A stretch of DNA of 64,000 bases from Minisyncoccota bacterium (GCA_041660025.1 JBAZXD010000002.1:4635-68634), one strand, 5' to 3'; shown: positions 1 to 9,495, counted from the first letter of the stretch. Made by a program: numbers and translations. Notes: generated by a model not told the origin, from the letters alone.

Positions 1-2
1 TC

Positions 3-776
3 GAACTCTCGCCCGAGATACTTGTGCTGACAAATGTGGAATGGGACCACACGGATTATTTCCCGTCGCTTTCTGCATTGCAAGAGACGTTTCGAAAGGC
101 GATTGCGCGAGTATCGAATGATGGCGCGATTGTGACCGATCCCAATAACCCGAATATCGCGCCGCTCCTCGCGCATGCCAAAGCGAAAGTCATCGATTAT
201 ACGAAAGAACCGGCATACGAGCTTCGTCTGCCGGGTGAGTTTAATCAGAGTAATGCGCGCGCGGCCGCAGCGGCCGCGCGCCTCGCGTACCCGTCGATTA
301 CGGACGATACGATTCGTACTACGCTCGCATCGTTTCAGGGCACCTGGCGCCGATTTGAATACAAAGGGAAAACGGAGAAAGGTGCGGAAGTGTATGACGA
401 CTATGCGCACCACCCGACGGCGGTAAAGAAAACGCTCGAAGCGCTTCGCGCGAAAGTGAAGCGCAAGATTATCGTCGCCTTCCATCCACATCTGTACAGC
501 CGCACGCGCGACTTGCTCGACGAATTTGCGACGGCCTTTGCCGACGCGGATGAAGTGCTCATTGCGCCCATTTATGCTGCGCGCGAAACAGACGACGGAA
601 CAATATCGAGCGAGATACTCGCCGAGCGCATCCGCGCGACCGGCGTCGAAGCGACGGCACTCGATTTCGACGCAATTCTAAAAACGCTTCGAGAGGTCGA
701 GTCGGGCAATACCATTATGACTATGGGCGCGGGCGACATCTACAAAGTCGCCGATGCGCTCGTGAATCATAAATAA
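3..776 (+). CDS. murC: UDP-N-acetylmuramate--L-alanine ligase (5'-truncated by window edge)
   Basis: Motifs TNVEWDHTDY, GTWRRFE, DDYAHHPT, FHPHLYSRT, IYAARE and MGAGDI. The frame is open from position 3. Confidence 0.93.
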   Translation, partial: ELSPEILVLTNVEWDHTDYFPSLSALQETFRKAIARVSNDGAIVTDPNNPNIAPLLAHAKAKVIDYTKEPAYELRLPGEFNQSNARAAAAAARLAYPSITDDTIRTTLASFQGTWRRFEYKGKTEKGAEVYDDYAHHPTAVKKTLEALRAKVKRKIIVAFHPHLYSRTRDLLDEFATAFADADEVLIAPIYAARETDDGTISSEILAERIRATGVEATALDFDAILKTLREVESGNTIMTMGAGDIYKVADALVNHK

Positions 777-856
777 GCAAAGCTTGCTCCTTGCACTTGC
801 CTCGAACAAATGAACGAAGGCGTTCATTTGTTGCTCAGCTCGCTTGGTAATAAAAA
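777..856 (+). repeat. Dispersed structured intergenic repeat, copy 1
   Basis: CAAAGCTTGCTCC..GCACTTGCCTCG, then a perfect 12-bp hairpin (805-832), then GCTCGCTTGGTAATAAAAA. Matches 32911-32992 and 36526-36604. Confidence 0.8.
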
Positions 857-880
857 AACGCCCCGGCATGCAGGGCATTT
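852..880 (-). terminator. Intrinsic terminator for the minus-strand small ORF (possibly bidirectional)
   Basis: Minus strand reads GCCCTGCATGCCGGGGCG followed by T7, just after the stop at 882-884. Confidence 0.65.
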
Positions 881-881
881 G

Positions 882-1088
882 TCAAAAGTTGCCGAAAAAA
901 TGTGAGTTCCTTGCCGACATCGATTTTTCTGGCTTCGGTTGTGCCGGTCTCGGCGTGCCCATATGAAGTGCAGCATCCACAGGGTCTCGGAACGCAGCTG
1001 GCCACCTCGGCTTTCCTTTCAATCTCCGCGTCGATGCTTTTGGCGTACCGACACAAAGCGCGTGCTCCATTGCACTTGTAAGGCTCAT
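882..1088 (-). CDS. Small hypothetical protein (68 aa, basic, Pro-rich)
   Basis: GGAGGA lies 3 nt before the ATG, with a near-consensus promoter upstream and a terminator downstream. No recognisable family. Confidence 0.5.
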   Translation of the reverse strand: MSLTSAMEHALCVGTPKASTRRLKGKPRWPAAFRDPVDAALHMGTPRPAQPKPEKSMSARNSHFFGNF

Positions 1089-1134
1089 AAATCCTCCGGG
1101 AAATGGGCGGTTGCGAAAGGTTTCTCCAGTGGCG

Positions 1135-1162
1135 ATTATAGCGCATTGTCATAATAAGTCAA
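1135..1162 (-). promoter_or_regulatory. Sigma70-type promoter
   Basis: Minus strand TTGACT-N16-TATAAT. Confidence 0.6.
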
Positions 1163-1180
1163 TTGGGGTAGAGTGCGTGT

Positions 1181-1861
1181 ATGGGAACACTCTCAGTCGT
1201 CGCGACGCCGATAGGGAACTTGGAGGACATCACGCTCCGCGCTCTGCGGACGCTGAAAGAATGCGACGTCATTTATGCCGAGGATACGCGCGTCGTTTCA
1301 AAACTGCTTGCACGGTATGAGATTAAGAAGCCACTGCAACGACTCGATGCCGCGACAGAACTAAAAAAGGCGGACGAGATAATTACACGGCTTGAAGCCG
1401 GGGAGCGCGTCGTGTTTGTGAGCGACGCCGGTACACCGGGCGTCAGCGATCCCGGCGCGCGGCTCGTGGCGGCGGTGCGCAAGCTTTTGCCAAGCGCGAC
1501 GATCGAGGCGATACCAGGCGCCTCCGCGCTCACCGCGGCACTCTCTATTGCGGGAATCGACTCGACCGGATTCACCTTTCTCGGATTTCTGCCCCACAAG
1601 AAGGGCCGTCAAACGGCGCTCAAAAAAATTGCGGCGAGCGAAATCCCAGTCGTACTCTACGAATCGCCGCATCGGATTTTGAAATTGCTTGAGGAACTGG
1701 GAACTCTCGAAGTTTCGCAGGTTACGCTCGCCCGCGAGCTTACGAAGATCCATGAGGAAGTGGTCTCGGGCACGCCGCAGGAAGTACAGGGGCATTTCGC
1801 CGCGCACCCCGATGCCGTAAGAGGAGAATTTGTGGTTATTATTGAAGCGAAGCGAAAATAG
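1181..1861 (+). CDS. rsmI: 16S rRNA (cytidine1402-2'-O)-methyltransferase
   Basis: VVATPIGNLEDITLRAL, AEDTR, SDAGTPGVSDPG, YESPHR, RELTKIHEE, RGEFVVII. Confidence 0.96.
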   Translation: MGTLSVVATPIGNLEDITLRALRTLKECDVIYAEDTRVVSKLLARYEIKKPLQRLDAATELKKADEIITRLEAGERVVFVSDAGTPGVSDPGARLVAAVRKLLPSATIEAIPGASALTAALSIAGIDSTGFTFLGFLPHKKGRQTALKKIAASEIPVVLYESPHRILKLLEELGTLEVSQVTLARELTKIHEEVVSGTPQEVQGHFAAHPDAVRGEFVVIIEAKRK

Positions 1862-1866
1862 TAACC

Positions 1867-2149
1867 ACCCTGTTAAATCCCTTCAAATCTCCTCCCATGT
1901 TTTATACTTATGTACTTTTATCCGGAAAAGATAAAAAATTTTACACAGGATATAGCGCCGATTTGAAGGGACGATTTGAGGAGCATTCGAAGGGGAAAGT
2001 AAAATCAACAAAAGATCGCCTGCCGTTAAGTCTTGTTTATTACGAGGCTTGCCTGAACGAGCGGGATGCTCGGCATCGTGAACGATATCTAAAAACTCAC
2101 CACGGCAAGCTGTTCCTTCGGAATCGCCTCAAATCGTATTTAACAGGGT
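1867..2149. mobile_element. Putative GIY-YIG mini mobile element with 12-bp terminal inverted repeats
   Basis: ACCCTGTTAAAT (1867-1878) and ATTTAACAGGGT (2138-2149) are exact reverse complements bracketing the nuclease ORF. The segment is more AT-rich than its neighbours. Confidence 0.6.
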
Positions 2150-2157
2150 TCGCATAG
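1897..2157 (+). CDS. Stand-alone GIY-YIG nuclease (86 aa)
   Basis: FYTYVL..FYTGYS, R..EH, LVYYEA, RERYLK. Confidence 0.92.
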   Translation: MFYTYVLLSGKDKKFYTGYSADLKGRFEEHSKGKVKSTKDRLPLSLVYYEACLNERDARHRERYLKTHHGKLFLRNRLKSYLTGFA

Positions 2158-2174
2158 TCTGGTAGACTATGCTC

Positions 2175-2405
2175 ATGTCCCGCACGAGCATCCTCATCCT
2201 TCTCGGTATTCTGGTCATCATCACTCCTTTTTCCGGACTCCCCATATTCCTGCGCTCATCGCTCGCAGTCATCTTCGGCGCCTGTGTGCTCGGCATAGGC
2301 ATCAGAGACCGCTCCCGAGAGGCGCGCGCGGCGCGCGGCGCTCAACCATCGGTCGAGTCTCCGATCGAACCGCCTCAGCCTCCGTCGGATATCTCTCCGA
2401 TCTAA
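2175..2405 (+). CDS. Small 2-TM membrane protein
   Basis: Two hydrophobic segments and a Pro-rich tail. The ATG at 2175 is preferred over 2169 because a TAGACT -10 box ends 6 nt upstream. Confidence 0.7.
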   Translation: MSRTSILILLGILVIITPFSGLPIFLRSSLAVIFGACVLGIGIRDRSREARAARGAQPSVESPIEPPQPPSDISPI

Positions 2406-2458
2406 TCTTGCACAAACACAAATCCCGCCGTGGCGCGGATTTGTTATACTTTATGGCA

Positions 2459-4273
2459 ATGGAGAATCCCGAGCGTGTTACCTACTTCGCAGCGACCGAC
2501 GCGCGAGGGAAGTATATTCCTTTCGGCATTAAAGCGAAGGACCGCGACCGCCATATGTACGTCATCGGCAAGACCGGTATGGGCAAGTCGACCTTGCTCG
2601 AGAATATGGCGATTCAGGATTTGCGGAATGGCGAGGGACTTACCTTCATCGACCCGCACGGGGGGACGGCTGAGCGCCTGCTCGACTACATCCCCGAGAA
2701 CCGCATCAAGGACGTCGTATACTTCGCCCCGTTCGACCTGGAGCACCCCATCGCCTTCAACGTGATGGAGGACGTCGGCTACGACAAACGCCACCTCGTG
2801 GTGAGCGGTCTTATGGCGACCTTCAAGAAGATATGGGAGGACGCCTGGAGCGCTCGTATGGAATACATCCTCACCAATACGCTCCTTGCGCTCCTCGAAT
2901 ACCCCGGCGCCACCCTCCTCGGCGTCAACCGGATGTACACCGACAAAGAATACCGGCAGAAGGTGGTCGAGAACGTGAAAGACCCGGTCGTGAAGGATTT
3001 CTGGATGAAAGAGTTCGCTAATTATGGCGACCGCTATACCCAGGAAGCGACGCCCGCCATCCAGAACAAGGTCGGACAGTTCACCGGCAACCCGCTCATC
3101 CGGAACATCATCGGCCAGCCGAAATCTTCGTTCGACATCCGCACGATGATGGACGAAAAGAAGATCCTCATCATCAACCTCTCCAAAGGTCTCGTGGGAG
3201 AGACGAATATGCGCCTCCTAGGCTCGATGCTCACGACGCGCATCTTCCTCGCCGCGATGAGTCGCGCGAACCTTCCCGCCCCGGAGCTCGCGAAGCTTCC
3301 GCACTTTTATTTCTACGTGGACGAGTTCCAGAACTTCGCGAACGAGACCTTCGCGGAGGTTCTCTCCGAGGCGCGCAAATATAAGCTGGACCTCGTCATC
3401 GCGCACCAGTACATCGAGCAGATGGAAGAGGAGGTGCGCGACGCCGTGTTCGGTAACGTCGGCACGACCGTCGTCTTCCGCGTCGGCCCCTTCGACGCCG
3501 AGGTGCTCGAGACGATCTTTATGCCGAAGTTCACGAAGGAAGATGTCGTCACGCTCGATAAGCGACAGATCTATCTCACGCTGATGATAGACGGGGTCGG
3601 GTCGGCGCCGTTCTCTGCGGTGACCATCCCGCCGATCGAAGCGCCTCCCGTCTCCTGCCGGGAGCAGGTTATCGCGGCGTCGCGGGCGCAGTTCTCCGCG
3701 CCGCGCGCCGGCATCGAGAGCGCCATTATGGAGGAGTTCGCGATGAGCGCGGCCTCCGAAGCTCCGTTCGATGCGCGAATGAAGAAGAAACCGGTCCAAC
3801 CTGCGCCGCGCGTCTCGGTCCCGACCCCTCTCCCTCCTCGTGCGGACTCGAGACCACCCTTTCCTCCGCGACCACCCTTCCTCCGCCCTTCGCCAAGAGC
3901 TCCGGAGGTTACGGCGCGTCCGTCCCAAGAACAGCCGCGGCGGGAATTCACTCCCCGTCCTTTGCGTGCTCCAGAGAGCACCGCCCGCCCGCCGCTTGAG
4001 CGCCCGGCCCCGCCGACAAAGAGCGCTGAGGACCTTAAGGCAATTCTGCGCACTATGACCGCGAAGAGCGGCGCGGAGAAGGAGAAGAAACAGGAACAGA
4101 ACCAACAGTCACTCAAAGGGGCGCTCGCCGAAGTGCTCGAAAAGAGCAAGCCCGCGGCGGCGGAGCCGCTGCGGGCGATCCCGCCACCAGCAGTTCCGGT
4201 ACAAGAAGAAAAAAAGCCGTTTGAAGTTTCTGAGGATTCGTTGCGGAAGGTGCTGAAAGGCGAGATAGAATAG
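2459..4273 (+). CDS. VirD4/TraD/HerA-like P-loop ATPase (T4SS coupling-protein family) with Pro/Arg-rich tail
   Basis: RHMYVIGKTGMGKSTLL (Walker A), IDPHG, FYVDEFQNF (Walker B), SEARKY, AHQY. The start may be 2453 or 2459. Confidence 0.88.
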   Translation: MENPERVTYFAATDARGKYIPFGIKAKDRDRHMYVIGKTGMGKSTLLENMAIQDLRNGEGLTFIDPHGGTAERLLDYIPENRIKDVVYFAPFDLEHPIAFNVMEDVGYDKRHLVVSGLMATFKKIWEDAWSARMEYILTNTLLALLEYPGATLLGVNRMYTDKEYRQKVVENVKDPVVKDFWMKEFANYGDRYTQEATPAIQNKVGQFTGNPLIRNIIGQPKSSFDIRTMMDEKKILIINLSKGLVGETNMRLLGSMLTTRIFLAAMSRANLPAPELAKLPHFYFYVDEFQNFANETFAEVLSEARKYKLDLVIAHQYIEQMEEEVRDAVFGNVGTTVVFRVGPFDAEVLETIFMPKFTKEDVVTLDKRQIYLTLMIDGVGSAPFSAVTIPPIEAPPVSCREQVIAASRAQFSAPRAGIESAIMEEFAMSAASEAPFDARMKKKPVQPAPRVSVPTPLPPRADSRPPFPPRPPFLRPSPRAPEVTARPSQEQPRREFTPRPLRAPESTARPPLERPAPPTKSAEDLKAILRTMTAKSGAEKEKKQEQNQQSLKGALAEVLEKSKPAAAEPLRAIPPPAVPVQEEKKPFEVSEDSLRKVLKGEIE

Positions 4274-4278
4274 TCCCT

Positions 4279-5535
4279 ATGCGCGTCGCCGGGTTGCTCG
4301 CACTGGCCATCCTCACTCCCTCGCTTGTGTATGCGGCCGAGCCGCCTATACTTGCGACCTATACCATTTCGCAGAGTGTCATCTATCCGACCGCGACGGC
4401 CGAGTCCGGGCTTGCGACCACCACCGTTATTGATATCGCTTTTTCCGAACCGGTAAAAGCCTCCATCAAGATACTGTCCGCGGACGGTACCCTGATGAAG
4501 TCGCTGTATACGAGTTCGAGCGTCACCAACCCTGCGCCGAAGACGTGGGATGGGACGAATAATGCGGACACGTTCGTTGTCGACGGAACGTACACAGTAC
4601 TCATTTCAGCCACGTCCACCGCGACGAGTCTGTCGATGATTGACTCGTCCGGAACGATCACCGTTGCATCATCAGGCGGTCCCGATCCGTCAGAACCGGA
4701 TCCCTCCGCCCCTTCCGATGCAACCGCCGCGACGGGCGCATCGAGCAGTGGTCCGGCAGAATATCTTCCGATACCGGTCTTGCGTATCCTCACAAGCAGC
4801 TCGCGCACAGTATCTTCCGGTGCGGACACCGCCTTTACCTCCGCCGTGTATGACAGCAGGGGAAACAGGCGCGATGATGCCGTGGTGACCTGGTCGTTCG
4901 GCGACGGGATGCGCAGGACCGGCGCGAATGTCCTCCACCCGTATCACGACCCGGGCGAATACATCGTCATCGTCCGCGCGACGACTCCCGACGGCGGCGA
5001 CGCGGTCGTCGAGACCATCGTGACCGTGAAGGACGCGAGCATCAAGATCGCCGCCGTGTCTTCCCGGGGCATCACGCTTGCCAATGATAGTTCGCGGACG
5101 CTCGATCTCTCGTGGTGGCGCCTGTCGGCGGGCGGCCAGGAATTCAAGATCCCCGCGGATACGCAGATGCTTCCCGGGCGTACGGTCCTTTTCCCCTCGC
5201 AGGTGATAGAGCTCCCGGTGACGGGGTCGGCATCGCTCCTCTATCCGAGCGGGGAAGTGGCGGCTGCGTATCCAGCGGTAGCTGCTGTACCACAGAGTGC
5301 GCTCAAGCAACCTTCTTTCAATGGAGCGAGTTATGAAAAGGTACAGGCGGTCGAGCCGATTATCAGCACGCAAACGAACATTCGAGCATATGAAGAAGCA
5401 GTAGATGCCCCCACCGCGGCGACCGAACTCGCCGCGGTGGGGGCGGTCCCCGCACCGAGCATTTTCCGTTCTCCGTGGTTCCTCAGCTTCCTCGGTGTTG
5501 TGGCGCTCGCCGGCAGCGCATTCATATTCCTCTGA
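4279..5535 (+). CDS. Surface protein: signal peptide, FlgD-Ig-like, PKD and lamin-tail-like domains, C-terminal TM
   Basis: TWDGTN..V.DGTY (FlgD-Ig), WSFGDG..H.Y..PGEY (PKD), LDLSWWRL..F.IP..T (LTD-like), hydrophobic C-terminus. Confidence 0.8.
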   Translation: MRVAGLLALAILTPSLVYAAEPPILATYTISQSVIYPTATAESGLATTTVIDIAFSEPVKASIKILSADGTLMKSLYTSSSVTNPAPKTWDGTNNADTFVVDGTYTVLISATSTATSLSMIDSSGTITVASSGGPDPSEPDPSAPSDATAATGASSSGPAEYLPIPVLRILTSSSRTVSSGADTAFTSAVYDSRGNRRDDAVVTWSFGDGMRRTGANVLHPYHDPGEYIVIVRATTPDGGDAVVETIVTVKDASIKIAAVSSRGITLANDSSRTLDLSWWRLSAGGQEFKIPADTQMLPGRTVLFPSQVIELPVTGSASLLYPSGEVAAAYPAVAAVPQSALKQPSFNGASYEKVQAVEPIISTQTNIRAYEEAVDAPTAATELAAVGAVPAPSIFRSPWFLSFLGVVALAGSAFIFL

Positions 5536-5573
5536 TTCGCACTCAATCGATTTTTACGCTACGCTTTCTCGAA

Positions 5574-6425
5574 ATGACAGCCAAAAAACTCATTCTTGTT
5601 ACCGGCGGTGCGGGCTTCATCGGCTCGCATCTCTGCGCGCGCCTGGTGAAAGATGGGCATACAGTCATCTCCCTCGACAACTACTTCATCGGCAGTCGCG
5701 ATAATCACGTACCCGGCGTCGAGTACCGCGAGGGCCATACGAAGGATATCGAGAAGCATATTCCCGAGACGCCCGATATCATCTATCACCTCGGCGAGTA
5801 TTCACGCGTCGAGAAGAGTCTCGAAGAGCCGGCGCTCGTCTGGGACCTGAACAAGGATGGCACATTCGGCGTTGTTGAATTTTGGCGCAAGCGGGGCGGC
5901 AAGCTTATGTATGCCGGCTCTTCGACGAAGTTCGGCGACGGCGGTCTCGGTCGCGACCAGAGCCCCTATTCGTGGACGAAAGCTACCAATACCGAACTCG
6001 TCAGGAACTACAGCATCTGGTACGGTCTGCCGCACGCGATTACGTATTTCTATAACGTATACGGTCCCGGAGAGCGCGCGGGAACCTACGGCACGGTCAT
6101 TGAGATTTTCAGAAAAAAGCATCTGGCTGGAGAGCCGCTTACCATAAACGCGCCGGGAACCCAGAAGAGAAATTTCACTCACGTAGACGATATCATCGAG
6201 GGATTGATGCTGGTCGGGGCGGACGGAACGGGGGACGATTTCGGCATCGGCGATGAGAAGGCGTATTCGATACTCGAAGTGGCGCAGATGTTTGGAGGGG
6301 AAATCGTCATGAAGACTGCTCCGCAAGGTAACCGCATGGGTTCTGACATCGACACCGCGAAGACGCGCTCGCTCGGCTGGTCGCCGAAGAAGAATCTCGC
6401 CGACTACATCGCGGGAATAAAATGA
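5574..6425 (+). CDS. NAD-dependent epimerase/dehydratase (extended SDR)
   Basis: LVTGGAGFIGSHL, YSWTK (YxxxK), YNVYGPGE. Start taken at MTAKK. Confidence 0.9.
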   Translation: MTAKKLILVTGGAGFIGSHLCARLVKDGHTVISLDNYFIGSRDNHVPGVEYREGHTKDIEKHIPETPDIIYHLGEYSRVEKSLEEPALVWDLNKDGTFGVVEFWRKRGGKLMYAGSSTKFGDGGLGRDQSPYSWTKATNTELVRNYSIWYGLPHAITYFYNVYGPGERAGTYGTVIEIFRKKHLAGEPLTINAPGTQKRNFTHVDDIIEGLMLVGADGTGDDFGIGDEKAYSILEVAQMFGGEIVMKTAPQGNRMGSDIDTAKTRSLGWSPKKNLADYIAGIK

Positions 6426-7585
6426 AACGCGTGCTCATCTTCTCGCTCGCGTATTATCCGCATGTGGGCGGGGCGGAGGTTGCGCTGAAGGAGATCACCG
6501 ACCGTCTCACGGACATTGAATTCCATATGGTGACCATGCGATTTTCCGGAACAGAGGCGCGTGAAGAGAAGGTCGGCAACATATTCGTCCATCGGATCGG
6601 GAACGGAGAAGGGAGATTGAATAAATATCTCTATCAATTTTTTGCGGCGTGGAAAGGAGCACAGCTCCACAGGCAATATCATTTTGGAGCTCTCTGGGCG
6701 ATGATGGCGCATTCCTCCGGCGTGCCGGCGGCTCTTTTCAAACTGTTCCATCCCCGCGTGCCGTACGTGCTGACCCTCCAGGAAGGGGACCCTCCTGAAT
6801 ACATCGAACGGCTCGCTTGGCCGGTCTGGCCTCTCTTTTCCCGAGCATTTACTTCCGCCGATGCTATTGCGGCCGAATCAACCTTCCTCGGCCGCTGGGC
6901 TCTTCGGAGAGGGTTTAAGGGACCCCTGGAGGTAATCCCCAACGGCATGGATGCAGAGCGGTTCGCGCGGGTGCCGGCGCAGGGAGAGACGGAGGCCGTC
7001 CGGGCGAAGATTGGGAAAAAAGAGGGCGAGATATGGCTCGTCCATACCGGTCGGCTGGTGCACAAAAATGCGCTTGATATATGCATTCGCGCGTTGCCGC
7101 TTTTGCCGGAGACCGTTCGTTTCTTCATGCTCGGAGATGGTCCCGACAAGAATATGCTCGTCAAACTCGGCCGTGAGCTTGGTGTTTCCGCGCGCACGCA
7201 TTTCCATCCGTACGTGCCGCTTGTTGAAATACCGAATTATTTGAAAGCGTGCGACCTCTTCATACGCCCGTCGCGCTCCGAGGGTATGGGCAACTCTTTT
7301 ATCGAAGCGATGGCGGCAGGCTTGCCGGTCATCGCGACACAAGAGGGCGGCATCGCGGACTTTCTCTTTGACGCGAAGCGCAATCCCGACAAACCGACGA
7401 CCGGCTGGGCAGTCGATAAAGATTCGCCAGAACAGATTGCGGAAGCGGTAAAAGATATCCTCGCGCATCCCGAAGAGGTTGCGCGCGTGGTGGCGACGGC
7501 AAAGAAGCTCGCCCTCGAGAACTACGACTGGGACACTATAGCGAAGGATATGCGCGAAAAAGTTTTTATGCGCGTGTTGGGGTAA
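6422..7585 (+). CDS. Glycosyltransferase family 4
   Basis: YYPHVGGAE, VIPNG, GRLVHKN, PSRSEGMGNSFIEAMAAG. Confidence 0.92.
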   Translation: MKRVLIFSLAYYPHVGGAEVALKEITDRLTDIEFHMVTMRFSGTEAREEKVGNIFVHRIGNGEGRLNKYLYQFFAAWKGAQLHRQYHFGALWAMMAHSSGVPAALFKLFHPRVPYVLTLQEGDPPEYIERLAWPVWPLFSRAFTSADAIAAESTFLGRWALRRGFKGPLEVIPNGMDAERFARVPAQGETEAVRAKIGKKEGEIWLVHTGRLVHKNALDICIRALPLLPETVRFFMLGDGPDKNMLVKLGRELGVSARTHFHPYVPLVEIPNYLKACDLFIRPSRSEGMGNSFIEAMAAGLPVIATQEGGIADFLFDAKRNPDKPTTGWAVDKDSPEQIAEAVKDILAHPEEVARVVATAKKLALENYDWDTIAKDMREKVFMRVLG

Positions 7586-7594
7586 TATTGCGTT

Positions 7595-8368
7595 ATGGAA
7601 ACCTACGATTTTATTGTAAGCACCGTCCGCGAGGCGGGGGAGGTACTGCGCCGTTCGCGCGATGAAGGATTTAATACTATGAGCAAGGGAGGAGATCCGC
7701 GCGACGTGGTTACCTCGGTGGACACTGCGGTAAACGAGTTCATTATCGGGAAAATCAAAGAATCCTATCCGGAAGACACCATTTACTCTGAGGAAGGGGG
7801 CGGTTCGAAAGGGGGCGGCCGGACGTGGGCAATTGACCCCATTGACGGGTCATCCAATTTTTCGCGCGGCATCCCGCATTATGCGATTTGTCTCGCGTTT
7901 CTTGAGGGCGGCGCGCCGGTCGCCGGCGCCGTCTACAATCCGGTCACCGACGAACTTTTCAGTTTCAAAAAGGGCGGCGGCGCATTTCTGAACGGCGCTC
8001 CCATCAAGGTTTCGGCGATAACGAACCTGAAAGATGCGTCGGTATTTCTCCATGCAGGACGCAAGTCGGAGCTCTGGGACTGGGGAGGCGCTTCATATAC
8101 AAAATTGCTCGGCGCCGCCAAGAAGACTTCCAATTACAGCGGTTCCGTGCTCGACGCGTGCTTTGTCGCGGCGGGGCGTATTGAGGCGAACATTTACGGG
8201 CGTTTAACCACGATGGACATCGCGTCCGCCATCGGCATCCTGCTTGAAGCCGGCGGACGAATTGTGAATGACAAAGGCGAAGCGATAGCTTTTTCTGCCG
8301 AGCCGCAGAAAGTAGTGATGACGAACAGTCCGGAAATCGAATCAGCAGTCCTCAAACTCCTTTTTTAG
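7595..8368 (+). CDS. Inositol monophosphatase family protein
   Basis: DVVTSVD, SEE, WAIDPIDGSSNF, VAAGR, EAGG. Confidence 0.9.
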   Translation: METYDFIVSTVREAGEVLRRSRDEGFNTMSKGGDPRDVVTSVDTAVNEFIIGKIKESYPEDTIYSEEGGGSKGGGRTWAIDPIDGSSNFSRGIPHYAICLAFLEGGAPVAGAVYNPVTDELFSFKKGGGAFLNGAPIKVSAITNLKDASVFLHAGRKSELWDWGGASYTKLLGAAKKTSNYSGSVLDACFVAAGRIEANIYGRLTTMDIASAIGILLEAGGRIVNDKGEAIAFSAEPQKVVMTNSPEIESAVLKLLF

Positions 8369-9429
8369 ACGACATTAAACTCTCGCTGCCGCTCTTTTTC
8401 CTCCGGGGAACGGAGCGCGTCGCGCGTCGCGACATATTGGTCCGTCACCTCCTTCGCAAGCGGGCGGTCTTCGAGGACTGCTATAAGCGCTTCGCGCCAA
8501 TACGCGATGCGCGCAAGCGTGAGGGTGTGGAGGTCGCCGGCCGTCTTTGCGAGCGAACGAGCATAGAAATCAAGGAGGAAGGTGATCTTATACGCCCGCA
8601 TAAGCCGGAGCGAGAGGTACTCGTCTTCGCCGCGATTGCGGCGCACATACTTGGCGAGGAGCCGTTCCAATTCCGGGCTGTGTATCAGCATATAGTTGAG
8701 GAATCGCGCCCAGCCCTCATATTTGTTGCCGAAATGGATGGTCGCGTAGTTGGGCACGCAGTCGAGCATGTAGAGCGTATGTTCCGTGATGCGGAAATTA
8801 TGCGGAACGAAGTCAGTATGGGTGAGATAATTCGCATACCGGTCGATTGTTACGACGCCCTCTCTGAGGAATTTTTCAGTGCGCTCCAGAACCGTGCGAA
8901 GCGGCTCATCCGGATACTGCCGGAGAATAGAATCTTTCAATCTTGCGAAGTCGCGGAAATATTCGGCGGAAGAGAGGACAGGAAAAACATCTTTAACTGC
9001 ACGTAAATGTTCAAAGGTCGTCGCGTGGAACGCTTCCTGCGCCTCGAATGCGGAGAGCGCGATGAAGAACTGCTCTTCAATTGTATGTGCGACAAACACT
9101 TTTTCCTGCGGGATGAAGCGCATAATGAGAAAGAGGTAGCCGCCTTCGGTGCCGTAATATAGCTCATCGGGGAGCAGTATCTTCTTATCCGCGAACGAGA
9201 GCGAGAGCATCAGGTCGCGCGAACTTTTTTCAGATTCGATTTCTTTCTTGCCGTCCTTGCGGCTGCTCGTCTTGATGATGACTTTCGTTCCGTCGCTGTC
9301 CTGCGTGCCGGCGAGGACGAGTTTGCCGCCGGCCATAAGATACCGCTCACCGCTCATATACGGCTGTCGTTCATCGAGCGAAAAGCCGAGGGGTTTGAGC
9401 AAACGGGAAATAGTTGAGAGTTCGTTCAT
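8365..9429 (-). CDS. Hypothetical protein with protein-kinase-like (APH/phosphotransferase) motifs
   Basis: VIIK, HTDFVPHN (HxDxxxxN), YMLD. Start taken at MNELST; the track's longer N-terminus overlaps the next gene. Confidence 0.65.
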   Translation of the reverse strand: MNELSTISRLLKPLGFSLDERQPYMSGERYLMAGGKLVLAGTQDSDGTKVIIKTSSRKDGKKEIESEKSSRDLMLSLSFADKKILLPDELYYGTEGGYLFLIMRFIPQEKVFVAHTIEEQFFIALSAFEAQEAFHATTFEHLRAVKDVFPVLSSAEYFRDFARLKDSILRQYPDEPLRTVLERTEKFLREGVVTIDRYANYLTHTDFVPHNFRITEHTLYMLDCVPNYATIHFGNKYEGWARFLNYMLIHSPELERLLAKYVRRNRGEDEYLSLRLMRAYKITFLLDFYARSLAKTAGDLHTLTLARIAYWREALIAVLEDRPLAKEVTDQYVATRDALRSPEEKERQREFNVV

Positions 9430-9495
9430 AGTAACGCGGCGCCTCGCCGCGCGGTTGTTATAGAGATAGGTCCATTCTATACTGCTTATAACGCT

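Noticed and set aside
2459-4273. Conjugative element or ICE
   Set aside because: No relaxase, mating-pair genes, integrase or att sites are visible.
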